A stretch of DNA of 59,069 bases from an uncultured Thermotogae bacterium. GTDB lineage: Bacteria; Bipolaricaulota; Bipolaricaulia; UBA7950; UBA9294. Position numbers and translations under genes: made by a program. The DNA lies in assembly GCA_964582975.1 (NCBI GenBank), contig CAZOUO010000001.1:1-59069 (forward strand), read 5' to 3'. The notes under the pieces were generated by a model. The model saw only the letters and a list, made by a program, of their open reading frames with translations, did no database searches and was not told the DNA's origin. Below are positions 24,924 to 34,432 of this stretch, piece by piece. Each line of letters begins with the position of its first letter. Position 1 is the stretch's first letter.

Positions 24924-25535
24924 ATGACGATTCGTGCGGCTTTGTTGGACTTGGATGGAACAATCTGGGATGCGCCGATCGATTGGCCGCGATTGCGCCG
25001 CGAAATCGGTCTGCCTTTGGACAGCCGTCCAATTTTGCATCATCTGAAGGAGATGCCCCCGAAAGCGCGTAATCGAGGCCTCAGCATTCTTGAGAAACAT
25101 GAGGCCCTGGGGGTGTCAAACGGAGCGTTGATTCCTGGGGCCCACGAGTTGCTTCGATTTCTAAAAGCCCGACAAATCAAGTGTGCGCTCGTCTCCAATA
25201 ACTCGCGCCAAAACGTCCAATCCGTTCTTGGCCTACATGATCTTGCGTTTGAGGCAGTCCTAACGCGTGATGATGGTGTGTTTAAGCCGGATCCCGAGGC
25301 GTTTCTTGCGGCACTCAAACAGCTAGAAGTGACACCCGACCAGGCAATCGTCATCGGGGATACGCATCTGGACCTCCTCGCTGCGCACAGCGCTGGGATC
25401 AAGGAAGTCATCCTCGTTGGAACCAAACCATGGATGCGGGAACTGCTGCCGCCGGACGTCCCCTATCATCGGGCACAGGATCTGTTCGAGGTGAAGGCAA
25501 TCGTCACGCAGCTTCTGGACCATTCGAACGACTAG
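24924..25535 (+). CDS. HAD superfamily hydrolase (phosphoglycolate phosphatase-like)
   Basis: Contains LLDLDGTIWD (the DxDGT motif I), VSNNS (motif II) and a GDTHLD-type motif IV. Confidence 0.85.
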   Translation: MTIRAALLDLDGTIWDAPIDWPRLRREIGLPLDSRPILHHLKEMPPKARNRGLSILEKHEALGVSNGALIPGAHELLRFLKARQIKCALVSNNSRQNVQSVLGLHDLAFEAVLTRDDGVFKPDPEAFLAALKQLEVTPDQAIVIGDTHLDLLAAHSAGIKEVILVGTKPWMRELLPPDVPYHRAQDLFEVKAIVTQLLDHSND

Positions 25536-25552
25536 GCCGCTTCGGCCAATGT

Positions 25553-26011
25553 TTATAGCCGAACCAGTTTCAGCGCTAAATCGGCCGTCTGTTCCGGCTT
25601 GACCTTGTGCGTGAACTCCGCCAACCGCCCTTCTTCATCGATGGCGAAGTGGCTGCGAAGAATGCCGTGGAAGGTCTTTCCCATCATCTTCTTTTCGCCC
25701 CACGCGCCGTAGGCCTCGGCGACCTTGTGGTCGGGGTCGGAGAGGAGGGTGAACGGCAGGTTGTGCTTCTCGCGGAATTTACCCAAAGTCGCGGGTTTGT
25801 CTGGACTGATCCCGATCACGACGACGTCCTCTTCTTCGATTTTGGGAAAGACATCGCGAAGCGCACACGCCTGCTTGGTGCAGCCAGGGGTGTTGGCCTT
25901 CGGATAGAAGTAAAGAACGACTTTCTTGCCGCGGAAGTCCGATAGATTTACTGTTTCACCGCTATCGGCTGTGAGTGTGAATTCCGGCGCTATCTCACCG
26001 ATTTCTAGCAT
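25553..26011 (-). CDS. bcp: Thioredoxin-dependent thiol peroxidase (Bcp / peroxiredoxin Q)
   Basis: 152 aa. The stretch VVLYFYPKANTPGCTKQAC is the Bcp active-site context. Confidence 0.9.
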   Translation of the reverse strand: MLEIGEIAPEFTLTADSGETVNLSDFRGKKVVLYFYPKANTPGCTKQACALRDVFPKIEEEDVVVIGISPDKPATLGKFREKHNLPFTLLSDPDHKVAEAYGAWGEKKMMGKTFHGILRSHFAIDEEGRLAEFTHKVKPEQTADLALKLVRL

Positions 26012-26116
26012 TCCTGTTACCTCCTTAATTGCTTGATCTTAGTTGCGTGTCCAAATTGCCCAACCGTTCCAAGCGATTTCCTCTTCAACCTCTTGTCAAG
26101 CTATAATCATGACACT

Positions 26117-27604
26117 ATGGCTGTTGTCAACAAGATTGGCAAGGTGATGAAGCGAAACCACGCCCTGGTCACCTTCGATCAGGAGCGGATCATCCGCGCT
26201 ATTCGCCGTGCGGCGGAGTCGATCGGCGGGTTCGAGCAGGATTACTTGGAGGGCGTCAACGACCGGGTCTTCGCCGCCGGGAAAACCGACGAGGGGATCG
26301 CGGAGTGCCTCTCCGACCTGGTGGTGATCACCTTGAACGCCGAGCCGCATCACTTGGTCTCTAATTTCCCTCCCACCGTGGAAGAGATCCAGGACACGGT
26401 CCTCCACGTCCTATCCAGCTATGGATTCACCAGAATCTCGGATGCCTACGCCTGTTTCCGTTGGGGACACCACTGGGTGCGGGAGGGCGCGATCACCGAG
26501 GAACAGTTCGTTCGGAACGGCTATCCCGCTGAATACTTGGAGGAGCTCATTGCTTGGAACAAGGAACAGGGATGCGACACCGTCGAGGGCTTAAACGAAC
26601 TCGTACGACAGAACAAGCTTGAATCGCTCATCGAGGCGGCCATTGCGCGATACGAGGCCTCCCTGGATGAGGCCGCGAACAAGGTGATGGGACGGATCGA
26701 GGCGGGCGATGCAATCCAGATGATCTGGATCAGCGGCCCGTCTTGCTCGGGCAAGACAACCTCCACAGTCAAGTTGACCCGGCGGCTTGAAGAACAAGGC
26801 CTGCGCTTCCTCATGCTCAACCTCGATGACTACTTCTGGCCGCTGATCGAGCATCCGACTGACTGGCTCAACGACCGCAACTACGAGACACCCGAGGCGA
26901 TCGATATCCAGCTTCTAAACACCCACCTGCGTGCGCTTTTAGATGAAAAGACGGTGGACAAACCGATCTACAGCTTCAAAGAGGGACGACGTGTTGGGAC
27001 TAAGCGAGTCAAGCGGGACCCCGACCAGATCCTTCTTCTTGACTGCTTGCACGGATTCTATCCGCCGATGACCGAGGGAATCGACCCTGAGGTGATCTTC
27101 CGCTTGTACATCGAGGCGATGAATCCGCTGTACGAACTCGAGGTGATGGCCCCGCTGTACGAGGGTGATTGGACCGGACGCCGTTTGACGCGCTTTGATG
27201 ATGTCCGCCTTCTCCGCCGCATGCTGCGCGATGCGAAACACCGCAATCATCCACCGTTGGCGACGCTGCTTCACTGGCATTACGTCCGGGCGGGCGAGCT
27301 GTTCAGCATCATCCCATTAAAGGGGTCGGCCGATCATATCATCAACGGTGGCATGCCGTTCGATCTGCCTGCGCTGAAACCCTTCTTCACAGGAGAGGAG
27401 AGCATTTGGCCGAAGCCGGGCGACCTCGACCAGTACGCCTCTTTCCTCGATGCCCGCATCCGTTACCAGCGCGTCGAAAGGTTGCTTGATGCGGTCGAAG
27501 GGTTGACGCTCTCCCAAGTAGAGAACTTGAGCCTGATTCCAGGAGACTGCTTGGTCCGCGAGTTCATCGGGAAAAGCACGATCGAAATCCCCCACAATGA
27601 GTGA
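26117..27604 (+). CDS. ATP-cone domain protein fused to a PRK/uridine-kinase-like P-loop kinase domain
   Basis: The N-terminus KRNHALVTFDQERIIRAIRRA resembles an ATP-cone. The P-loop is ISGPSCSGKTTST. The start is ambiguous (ATG 26117 or 26147). Confidence 0.65.
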   Translation: MAVVNKIGKVMKRNHALVTFDQERIIRAIRRAAESIGGFEQDYLEGVNDRVFAAGKTDEGIAECLSDLVVITLNAEPHHLVSNFPPTVEEIQDTVLHVLSSYGFTRISDAYACFRWGHHWVREGAITEEQFVRNGYPAEYLEELIAWNKEQGCDTVEGLNELVRQNKLESLIEAAIARYEASLDEAANKVMGRIEAGDAIQMIWISGPSCSGKTTSTVKLTRRLEEQGLRFLMLNLDDYFWPLIEHPTDWLNDRNYETPEAIDIQLLNTHLRALLDEKTVDKPIYSFKEGRRVGTKRVKRDPDQILLLDCLHGFYPPMTEGIDPEVIFRLYIEAMNPLYELEVMAPLYEGDWTGRRLTRFDDVRLLRRMLRDAKHRNHPPLATLLHWHYVRAGELFSIIPLKGSADHIINGGMPFDLPALKPFFTGEESIWPKPGDLDQYASFLDARIRYQRVERLLDAVEGLTLSQVENLSLIPGDCLVREFIGKSTIEIPHNE

Positions 27605-27619
27605 TCGGGTGCAAGGACG

Positions 27620-28597
27620 ATGCCGGCGAACCTGACTCCAGAATTCTTGAAGGCGCGCGAGCGGTTCCGGGCCGCTCAGACTCCGGAGGAGAAACTCGTC
27701 GCATTGGAAGAGATGCTTTCTACCATTCCCAAGCACAAGGGGACGAGCAAGATGCAGGCCGACATCAAGCGACGAATCGCCAAGCTGCGGGGCGCGCACT
27801 CTCAACAGAAACGAGGAAGAGGCAGCGGGCCGGAACACATCGACCGCGCCGGCGCTGGACAGGTGGTTCTCGCTGGTCCTCCGAACAGCGGCAAGTCGAG
27901 CCTGCTTGCCGCGTTGACCAATGCCCAACCCCAGATCGGCGATTATCCCTACTCGACCGTCTTCCCCGTTCCGGGAATGATGAGCTTTGAGGACATTCAA
28001 ATCCAGCTCGTTGACCTGCCGCCGATCACCCCGGAGTACACCGAACCGTGGGTGTACAACCTGATTCGTGAAAGCGATCTTGCCCTTCTGACGCTCGATG
28101 GAAGTGAATCACAGGAGCTCACGGACACGGTCGTGGAGACCCTCACTCTGCTTGAGGAACGCCACATTCAACTGGCAGAAGCGCCGCTGGAACCTGAGGA
28201 TCTTAGAGTCAAGGTGGTGCCGTGTCGGATCGTCCTCACCAAGGATGATTTAGGCAATCACCGTGCCGCTGCCGAAGAGCTTTCGATCTTCTTCCCCGTC
28301 CTGTCTGCCTCAGCGACAACAGGGACTGGCCTTGACGAGTTGCGACAGGAGGTGTTCACTGCACTTCGGATCATCCGTGTGTACACGAAGCTTCCCGGCA
28401 AATCACCGGATCTGACCGTGCCTTACACGTTACCAATAGGCAGCACGGTGCTCAACATCGTCCAGACGGTGCATCGCGAATTTGTTGACAAGCTCAAGTA
28501 CGTGCGCCTGTGGGGGTCGGGCAAGTTCGACGGCCAACAAGTTCCTTCCGGCCACGAGCTACAAGACAAAGACATCGTGGAGATTCACATAACCTAG
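27620..28597 (+). CDS. DRG/Rbg-type OBG-family GTPase with C-terminal TGS domain
   Basis: The N-terminal helix has KHKGTSKMQADIKRRIAKLR, which is DRG-like. The G1 motif is GPPNSGKSSLL and the G3 motif is DLPP. The C-terminal TGS-like region is IIRVYTK...DKDIVEIHI. Confidence 0.75.
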   Translation: MPANLTPEFLKARERFRAAQTPEEKLVALEEMLSTIPKHKGTSKMQADIKRRIAKLRGAHSQQKRGRGSGPEHIDRAGAGQVVLAGPPNSGKSSLLAALTNAQPQIGDYPYSTVFPVPGMMSFEDIQIQLVDLPPITPEYTEPWVYNLIRESDLALLTLDGSESQELTDTVVETLTLLEERHIQLAEAPLEPEDLRVKVVPCRIVLTKDDLGNHRAAAEELSIFFPVLSASATTGTGLDELRQEVFTALRIIRVYTKLPGKSPDLTVPYTLPIGSTVLNIVQTVHREFVDKLKYVRLWGSGKFDGQQVPSGHELQDKDIVEIHIT

Positions 28598-30720
28598 ATC
28601 CAATACGGGTCGATATCAATCTCGACGTTCGACACGATTTCCCGAGAAGCGGCACAGGCAGCCCGTACGACCTCTGAGTCGGCCCCCTTGACAAGCAGGG
28701 TCTCGCAGCCGCGGCGCAGCGGATTGGGAATGGGGCCGAGAACCTCTACCTCGAAGCGGCGCAAGATTGTCTCAAGCTGTTCGAAATCTTTGCGGCGCTT
28801 CGCTACAGAGCGGCCAGTGAGGAGCAAGCGCGCCAAATGGGAGAAGGGCGGGTAAAAGAGAGCCTTTCGCTCGGCAATCTCCTGGGCATAGAAGCGATCG
28901 TAGTCCTCGCTTGCGGCAGCCCGTACGGCGTAGTGATCGGGATAGTGCGTCTGAATGATCGCCTCACCCTCCACCAAACGTCCGATGAGCCCGCTAAGAT
29001 ACTGATAGGTCCGCTCGGCGGCGCGGAAGTTGGGAAGCGCTAGGAGCGTATCGATGCTCACTGCCCCCACAAGCCCTAGTCGAGGAAGCGCTGGACCCTT
29101 GGCCAGCATCTGGGTTGCAACCAAGATATCCGCTGTGTCGAACAAGCCCTCTATTCCCTTCTGGAGGTGAGTTCGGAAGGTCTCCGTGTCCATTCGGACA
29201 ACCCGGGCATTGGGAAATTGCCCTTGCACCTCATGCTCCACTCGTTCGCTTCCCACCCCGACAAAGCGCAACGCTCGCGATCCGCAGTGGGAGCAGCGCA
29301 TCGGTCCGTGTGCCTTGCCACAAAAGTGACAGACGAACTGTGCTCGCTGCACGTGATACGTCAGGTTCACGCCACAGTCTGGACAGCGGAGCAGGTGACC
29401 ACACGTCTTGCACAGCACGCCTTTGAAGTATCCACGCCGATTGACTCCGAGCAGGACCTGCTTTCCCAAAGCAAGCGTCCGGTCAATCGCCTCAACAAGC
29501 GACCGGCTTAGAACGTCCTTTTCTCCTCGCATGTCCACCACGTGCACCATGTGTTTCGGGTTGGGCTCCTGAGGACGGGTCAGGACGAGGTCTCCCCTCT
29601 GAGTGGCATGGAAGGTTTCTAGGGACGGCGCGAACGATCCCAAAACGAGGAGGCCTTCGCTTATTCGTTCTTCTGCCACGGTGCGCGTGTGGTAGTAGGG
29701 GAGCATCTCGTCCTGCTTGTAGGACCAATCCTGCTCCTCATCGAGGATAAGGAGGCCGAGTTTAGTCAGCGGAAGAAACAGAGCAGAGCGCGTACCGACG
29801 AGCAGGTGGGATTTTCCCATTCGAGCCTTCTCCCACACATTCCCCCGTTCGCTTTCGGGGAGGCCGCTGTGGTAGAGATCAACCGCACTTCCCAGCTGCT
29901 CGCGCAAGTTGGCGTGAAGCTGCGCCGCGAGAAGGATCTCCGGGGCGAGGACGAGGGCGTTTTTATAGTCAGCGAGGGTTGTCTCAATCAAGCAAAGATA
30001 GGCATTCCAACGGTTTCTAGCGAAAAGCAAGATCTGTCCCTGGCCCTGTTGCGGCTCAACCAAGTCCTTCACCCAAGCAGGTTGCTTGAGCCGGACTTTG
30101 CGAAGGGCAAGACGCGGCGGTTTGACCTCCTTTACCCAGCCTTGTTTTGACAAACGATCGAGCACCGCACGGACCGAGCCCAATTGCTTCCGTAGTTCCG
30201 CCTCCGAGCACCGGCCGGATGTGGCTAAGAGAAGGCGAAGCACCGCCGCCTGTCGCGGCGCCCGTTTGGAAAGGACTTCTATGATGGGAAGAATCTCTTC
30301 AAAATCTTTGGCCAATGTGACGAAACGCTCTGATTTTTTACTCACCCGGCGAGGCAGCATCCTGTTTGCAACAGGACCGAGTGGGGCAAGGTAATACTCG
30401 GTAATGCGGGTGCAGAACGAGAGCGCCTCTTGCGAGAACGCGGGAGCCGGCTTGATCTCAAGGACCGCTTCCAGCGGCCCGGGGTGCTCACTTTCTGCCG
30501 CAAGGCCGGCCACAATGCCCCAGCGGTCACTTTCCTGGAAGCGAACCCGTGCTCGCTTTCCCACTGCAATGGCGCCCTCCAATTTCTCCGGGACGAAAAA
30601 GTCGAACGTTTGGTCGGCCGGCAGCGGAAGAAGAACCTGTGCGATTTTTCTCCTTGAGTCCAAGACGTTTCTCCCCTTGGTGCAATTGTACCACGTGCGA
30701 ATTTCTCTTGACCGGTTCAC
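28594..30720 (-). CDS. priA: Primosomal protein N' (PriA) homolog with degenerate helicase motifs
   Basis: It is collinear with PriA. The N-terminal 3'-DNA-binding region is AQVLLPLPADQTFDFFVP. It has DEEQDWSYKQ and a Cys-rich Zn region (CKTCGHLLRCPDCGVNLTYH...CHFCG...CSHCG). The Walker A position reads FARNRWNAY. The start is uncertain (GTG 30720 or TTG near 30664). Confidence 0.85.
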   Translation of the reverse strand: MNRSREIRTWYNCTKGRNVLDSRRKIAQVLLPLPADQTFDFFVPEKLEGAIAVGKRARVRFQESDRWGIVAGLAAESEHPGPLEAVLEIKPAPAFSQEALSFCTRITEYYLAPLGPVANRMLPRRVSKKSERFVTLAKDFEEILPIIEVLSKRAPRQAAVLRLLLATSGRCSEAELRKQLGSVRAVLDRLSKQGWVKEVKPPRLALRKVRLKQPAWVKDLVEPQQGQGQILLFARNRWNAYLCLIETTLADYKNALVLAPEILLAAQLHANLREQLGSAVDLYHSGLPESERGNVWEKARMGKSHLLVGTRSALFLPLTKLGLLILDEEQDWSYKQDEMLPYYHTRTVAEERISEGLLVLGSFAPSLETFHATQRGDLVLTRPQEPNPKHMVHVVDMRGEKDVLSRSLVEAIDRTLALGKQVLLGVNRRGYFKGVLCKTCGHLLRCPDCGVNLTYHVQRAQFVCHFCGKAHGPMRCSHCGSRALRFVGVGSERVEHEVQGQFPNARVVRMDTETFRTHLQKGIEGLFDTADILVATQMLAKGPALPRLGLVGAVSIDTLLALPNFRAAERTYQYLSGLIGRLVEGEAIIQTHYPDHYAVRAAASEDYDRFYAQEIAERKALFYPPFSHLARLLLTGRSVAKRRKDFEQLETILRRFEVEVLGPIPNPLRRGCETLLVKGADSEVVRAACAASREIVSNVEIDIDPYWI

Positions 30721-30858
30721 TGATGACGCATAGTCCAGTCGGATTTGTATCTCTGGTTAATGGTTTTGAAGTCGAAGGAGTTTGAGAAGCTTATGGATCA
30801 CAGCAGTTATATGCAACGACGTAGCGATCACGTTCATTCCAGCCTGACGGCCATTACT

Positions 30859-31716
30859 TCACGATTTGCCTGCTCGCATGTCATCAGCGTCAACCTCGAC
30901 AAACTCACAATGACTGACTGCCTCACCGAACAGTACGTCAGCCATTCCGGCTGGCTCAAACAGCGCCATTGCCCGCGTTGCCTCCTCGGGATCAATTCGG
31001 GCGACGACTAGCTGCTCCCTATTTAATTTGCTTGCCGCGCGGATCTGCCCATCGGGAGCAACGACCAGTGAACGGCAATTCTGAAATTCGCAAGCTATGT
31101 TGGCACTTACTAGGTATGTCGTGTTTTCCGCAGCGCGAGTGACGAGCATCGCCTCGTGGACCGGCAGCTTCCATTCTGTGCCCGGACGCGTTGTGTTGTT
31201 CTGTAAATGGAAAAGAACCTTGGCACCACTCAGAACGCACGCCCGTGTCGTATCCGCGAATCGAAACCCTTCAAAGCAGATCACTACGCCCACAGGGACG
31301 CCACGGAGTGGCCATACACTAAAGCCACTCCCGGGCGAGTACGCCAGCGCATCGAGCGGCGTAAGGACTGTCTTGTCGTGCCGGCCGATCATTTTTCCCT
31401 GCTCACTGATGATTAACGCCGTGTTGCGCGGTTTTTCGTTAGGAATATGCGTTTCAGTTCCGAGAATGCAGGCGACATCGTGTTTTCCACAGCGCTTGGC
31501 AATGGTTGCCTCCCAGGCTGCCAGTTGGTCCACTTGAACTGGCGCGTCGGCTGGTGTGATGTCAACGCGGTAACCAGGGAGATGGGCTTCGGGAAAACAA
31601 AGAATCTGTACCCCGCTCTTGGCTGCACGGTCAACATACTCAAGAGCCTTCTCCCCATTTGCCCCGATATCATTGGTCTGTTTGATCTGAGCGATACCGA
31701 TGACAAGCTCACCCAT
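30859..31716 (-). CDS. Carbon-nitrogen hydrolase (nitrilase superfamily) protein
   Basis: 285 aa. ILCFPEAHLPGY supplies the catalytic Glu context and VGVVICFEGFRF the catalytic Cys context. Confidence 0.8.
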   Translation of the reverse strand: MGELVIGIAQIKQTNDIGANGEKALEYVDRAAKSGVQILCFPEAHLPGYRVDITPADAPVQVDQLAAWEATIAKRCGKHDVACILGTETHIPNEKPRNTALIISEQGKMIGRHDKTVLTPLDALAYSPGSGFSVWPLRGVPVGVVICFEGFRFADTTRACVLSGAKVLFHLQNNTTRPGTEWKLPVHEAMLVTRAAENTTYLVSANIACEFQNCRSLVVAPDGQIRAASKLNREQLVVARIDPEEATRAMALFEPAGMADVLFGEAVSHCEFVEVDADDMRAGKS

Positions 31717-31738
31717 CTTTCCTCCCGTTAATTTCAGT

Positions 31739-34432
31739 TCAACTCGATGCGATTGCAGAAAGAATTCCGTGCGGGTCGAATTTCTCCCTGAGAGCCTTCA
31801 GCACATGTTCAGCCTCGCCAATAGATTGCCAAGCAGATAGCGCCTCTCGCAACGAAAGAGGCGCTTGCTCGATCACTGAATGTCCTCCACGTCTTGTTAT
31901 CTCCTCAAGATAATGCTCAAGTCGACGTGGAACAGCATCGGGAATTGACACAAATAGAAGACCGGTACCGGCTCGTGCTTGACGAAAGCCCCCCTCTCCT
32001 GCAAGCAGATCCCAGGCTTCTGGCAGCTGCGCCGGAGGAAGACCGATGCGAAGATGCACTGCGTCCTTGCCTGCACGTTGCCACCCATTCATCCTCAGGG
32101 TGGCCCACAATCTGACGTGTCTATTCCCCTGGATAACGTTGTGTTCCTTCGCTCCGCTCCTCTCTGCTATTCCGAGAATATCGCGCAGCTGTCGTTGCAC
32201 TATCGGCTTTGATCCCTCAAGAAGAACAGCTGCTAGCATCAGCTCAGACTTAGTTCGAAGACCTTCTAGTTGAAGAAGAGGGTCCATTACCTCAATTGCA
32301 GATGGAAACAGGCAAGAGGCACACAATTCTTGCACAAAGGCAAACGCCTCTTCAGGCATCTTGAAGTAGACAAGAACGGTCTTCTCTTCTGCCGGGAGCA
32401 GGGAAGTGCGCAATGTGGCGGCAGTCATAACCCCCAGCGTGTTCCGCGATCCGATGAAGAGCCCATGCAAGTTGTAACCGGCAACGTTCTTCACCGTTCT
32501 CCCACCAGAGTGGATTACCTGGCCGCTGACCAAGGCGACTTCCATTCCCAATACCATGTCATGGGCGGTACCGAACTTCAATCTCCGGGGTCCGGAAACG
32601 TTCTGGGCCAACATCTCGCCGACGGTAGCGTTTCTCGGGTCAGGTGCCTCCAAGGGGAACCACTGCCGCGATGGCCGGAGATAGTCTTGAAGCGCGGAAA
32701 GGCTACAACCGGCCTGCACAGTGATCGTCAGATTGTCTTTGTCGTACTCCAACACTCGGTTCATCCCTTTCAGGTCGAGGACAATGGCTTGCCTGTAGGA
32801 CGGGTTGTCCGTGTCCCGAGGGATAGTCCCATCCCAGACGATAAGCTTTCCGCTAAGTTGATCAACAGCATTGAGAACCCCAGCTACCTGCTCAGCTGTG
32901 CGTGGAAGCGCCAAAAGCTTTGGCGTTCGTTCGCTCACTACGTAGTGTGACAGCTCCTCAGGCTGATTGAGCCATTTGACCATAGGCAGTGCCCGCTGGA
33001 GAGACTTTATTGTCTTGTTCGGCATTCTCAGCTGGTTGTTCCGAGTGTCCGCGATATCCGGTGGGAGAATTTTGCCAGGATTCATGAGCCCCGGAGGATC
33101 GAACGCCCGCTTTACTGCAACCATGGCCTGCAAGTCGGCCGGCTCGAAGATGAAGGACATGGCAGCAATCTTCTCTGTTCCTATCCCATGTTCCCCGGTG
33201 ATGGTGCCGCCCAATTGAGTACAGATCTTAAGGATCTCTGTGCCGGCCGAGCGTACCTTCTGCACAATATCCGGTTCCCGAGGATCAAAAAGAATGAGAG
33301 GATGAAGGTTACCGTCACCAGCATGGAAAACGTTTCCCACTGGAAGGCCATAACGCCTCCCCACATCCGCCACTCTTTCTAGGGCTTCGGGCAGTTGGGT
33401 CCGGGGTACCGTACCATCAAGCACCAGGTAGTTCGGCATCAGCTGTCCCAACGCTCCAAAAGCTCCTCGTCGGCTGGCCCACAATTGATCCCGTTCAGCT
33501 TCATCACGGGCTGCTTGCATCCCACAGGCTCCATTCTGCTGACAGATGGCCTTGATCTTCGCTATTTGTTCATCTAAGTCGTCATTCAGGCCATCCACCT
33601 CGATGATTAGAAGAGCGGTCGCGTCTTGAGGAAGGCCAGCGCGGGTGGCTTTTTCTACTGCCTGGATGACGAGTGCGTCCATCATTTCTAGTGTCGATGG
33701 CACGATGCCAGCCGCAATCGTTGCTGAAACAGCTTGGCCAGCCTCACGCAGACTGTCAAAAAGAACCAAAAAGGTACGTACTCCTTCCGGCTTCAGCATG
33801 ATTCGAACCAACGCTTTTGTGACAATCCCCAAAGTGCCTTCGGAGCCAACCACCAAGCTGACTAGATCGTACCCAGGACTCTCAGGAGCCTTGCCGCCGA
33901 ACCAAGAAATCCTGCCATACGGAAGAACCAATTCCAGCCCCAACACGTGATTGAGAGTAACGCCGTACTTAAAGCAATGGGGACCGCCGCTGTTTTCGCC
34001 CACATTGCCTCCCAGCGTGGAGACCTTTTGTGAGGCCGGATCGGGAGCGTAGTGGTAGCCATAGGGAGCCAATGCCTTTTGCAGAGTTAGATTGAAGACA
34101 CCCGCCTCCACAAGCGCGAAGCGATTAGCCACATCGATCTCTAGCACCCGGTTGAGGCGATTAACCACTAGTACTATCCCTCCTTGGGTAGGGACAGATC
34201 CGCCGCTCAGATTCGTTCCCGCACCCCGAGGTGTCACGGGTATCCCGCGTTCGTAAGCAAGACGTACGACCCCCGCAACTTCCTCGGTGGAGCCTGGCAA
34301 CACCACAACATCGGGTCGGCCCCGTTCTAGGGATGCATCGTACCGAAACAGAAAGAGTTCTTCGGGATCGGTTAAGACATGTTTTGATCCCACAATTCTC
34401 TTAAGCTCATCGACTACCTGTGGTGAAAGCAT
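31739..34432 (-). CDS. Fused GlcD-GlcE-like FAD-linked oxidase (glycolate/D-lactate oxidase subunits D+E in one polypeptide)
   Basis: The first ~470 aa are a GlcD-like FAD-binding PCMH domain plus cap. The second ~430 aa are another PCMH FAD-binding domain (GlcE-like). The likely start ATG 34432 overlaps the glcF stop (TGATG). Confidence 0.8.
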   Translation of the reverse strand: MLSPQVVDELKRIVGSKHVLTDPEELFLFRYDASLERGRPDVVVLPGSTEEVAGVVRLAYERGIPVTPRGAGTNLSGGSVPTQGGIVLVVNRLNRVLEIDVANRFALVEAGVFNLTLQKALAPYGYHYAPDPASQKVSTLGGNVGENSGGPHCFKYGVTLNHVLGLELVLPYGRISWFGGKAPESPGYDLVSLVVGSEGTLGIVTKALVRIMLKPEGVRTFLVLFDSLREAGQAVSATIAAGIVPSTLEMMDALVIQAVEKATRAGLPQDATALLIIEVDGLNDDLDEQIAKIKAICQQNGACGMQAARDEAERDQLWASRRGAFGALGQLMPNYLVLDGTVPRTQLPEALERVADVGRRYGLPVGNVFHAGDGNLHPLILFDPREPDIVQKVRSAGTEILKICTQLGGTITGEHGIGTEKIAAMSFIFEPADLQAMVAVKRAFDPPGLMNPGKILPPDIADTRNNQLRMPNKTIKSLQRALPMVKWLNQPEELSHYVVSERTPKLLALPRTAEQVAGVLNAVDQLSGKLIVWDGTIPRDTDNPSYRQAIVLDLKGMNRVLEYDKDNLTITVQAGCSLSALQDYLRPSRQWFPLEAPDPRNATVGEMLAQNVSGPRRLKFGTAHDMVLGMEVALVSGQVIHSGGRTVKNVAGYNLHGLFIGSRNTLGVMTAATLRTSLLPAEEKTVLVYFKMPEEAFAFVQELCASCLFPSAIEVMDPLLQLEGLRTKSELMLAAVLLEGSKPIVQRQLRDILGIAERSGAKEHNVIQGNRHVRLWATLRMNGWQRAGKDAVHLRIGLPPAQLPEAWDLLAGEGGFRQARAGTGLLFVSIPDAVPRRLEHYLEEITRRGGHSVIEQAPLSLREALSAWQSIGEAEHVLKALREKFDPHGILSAIASS

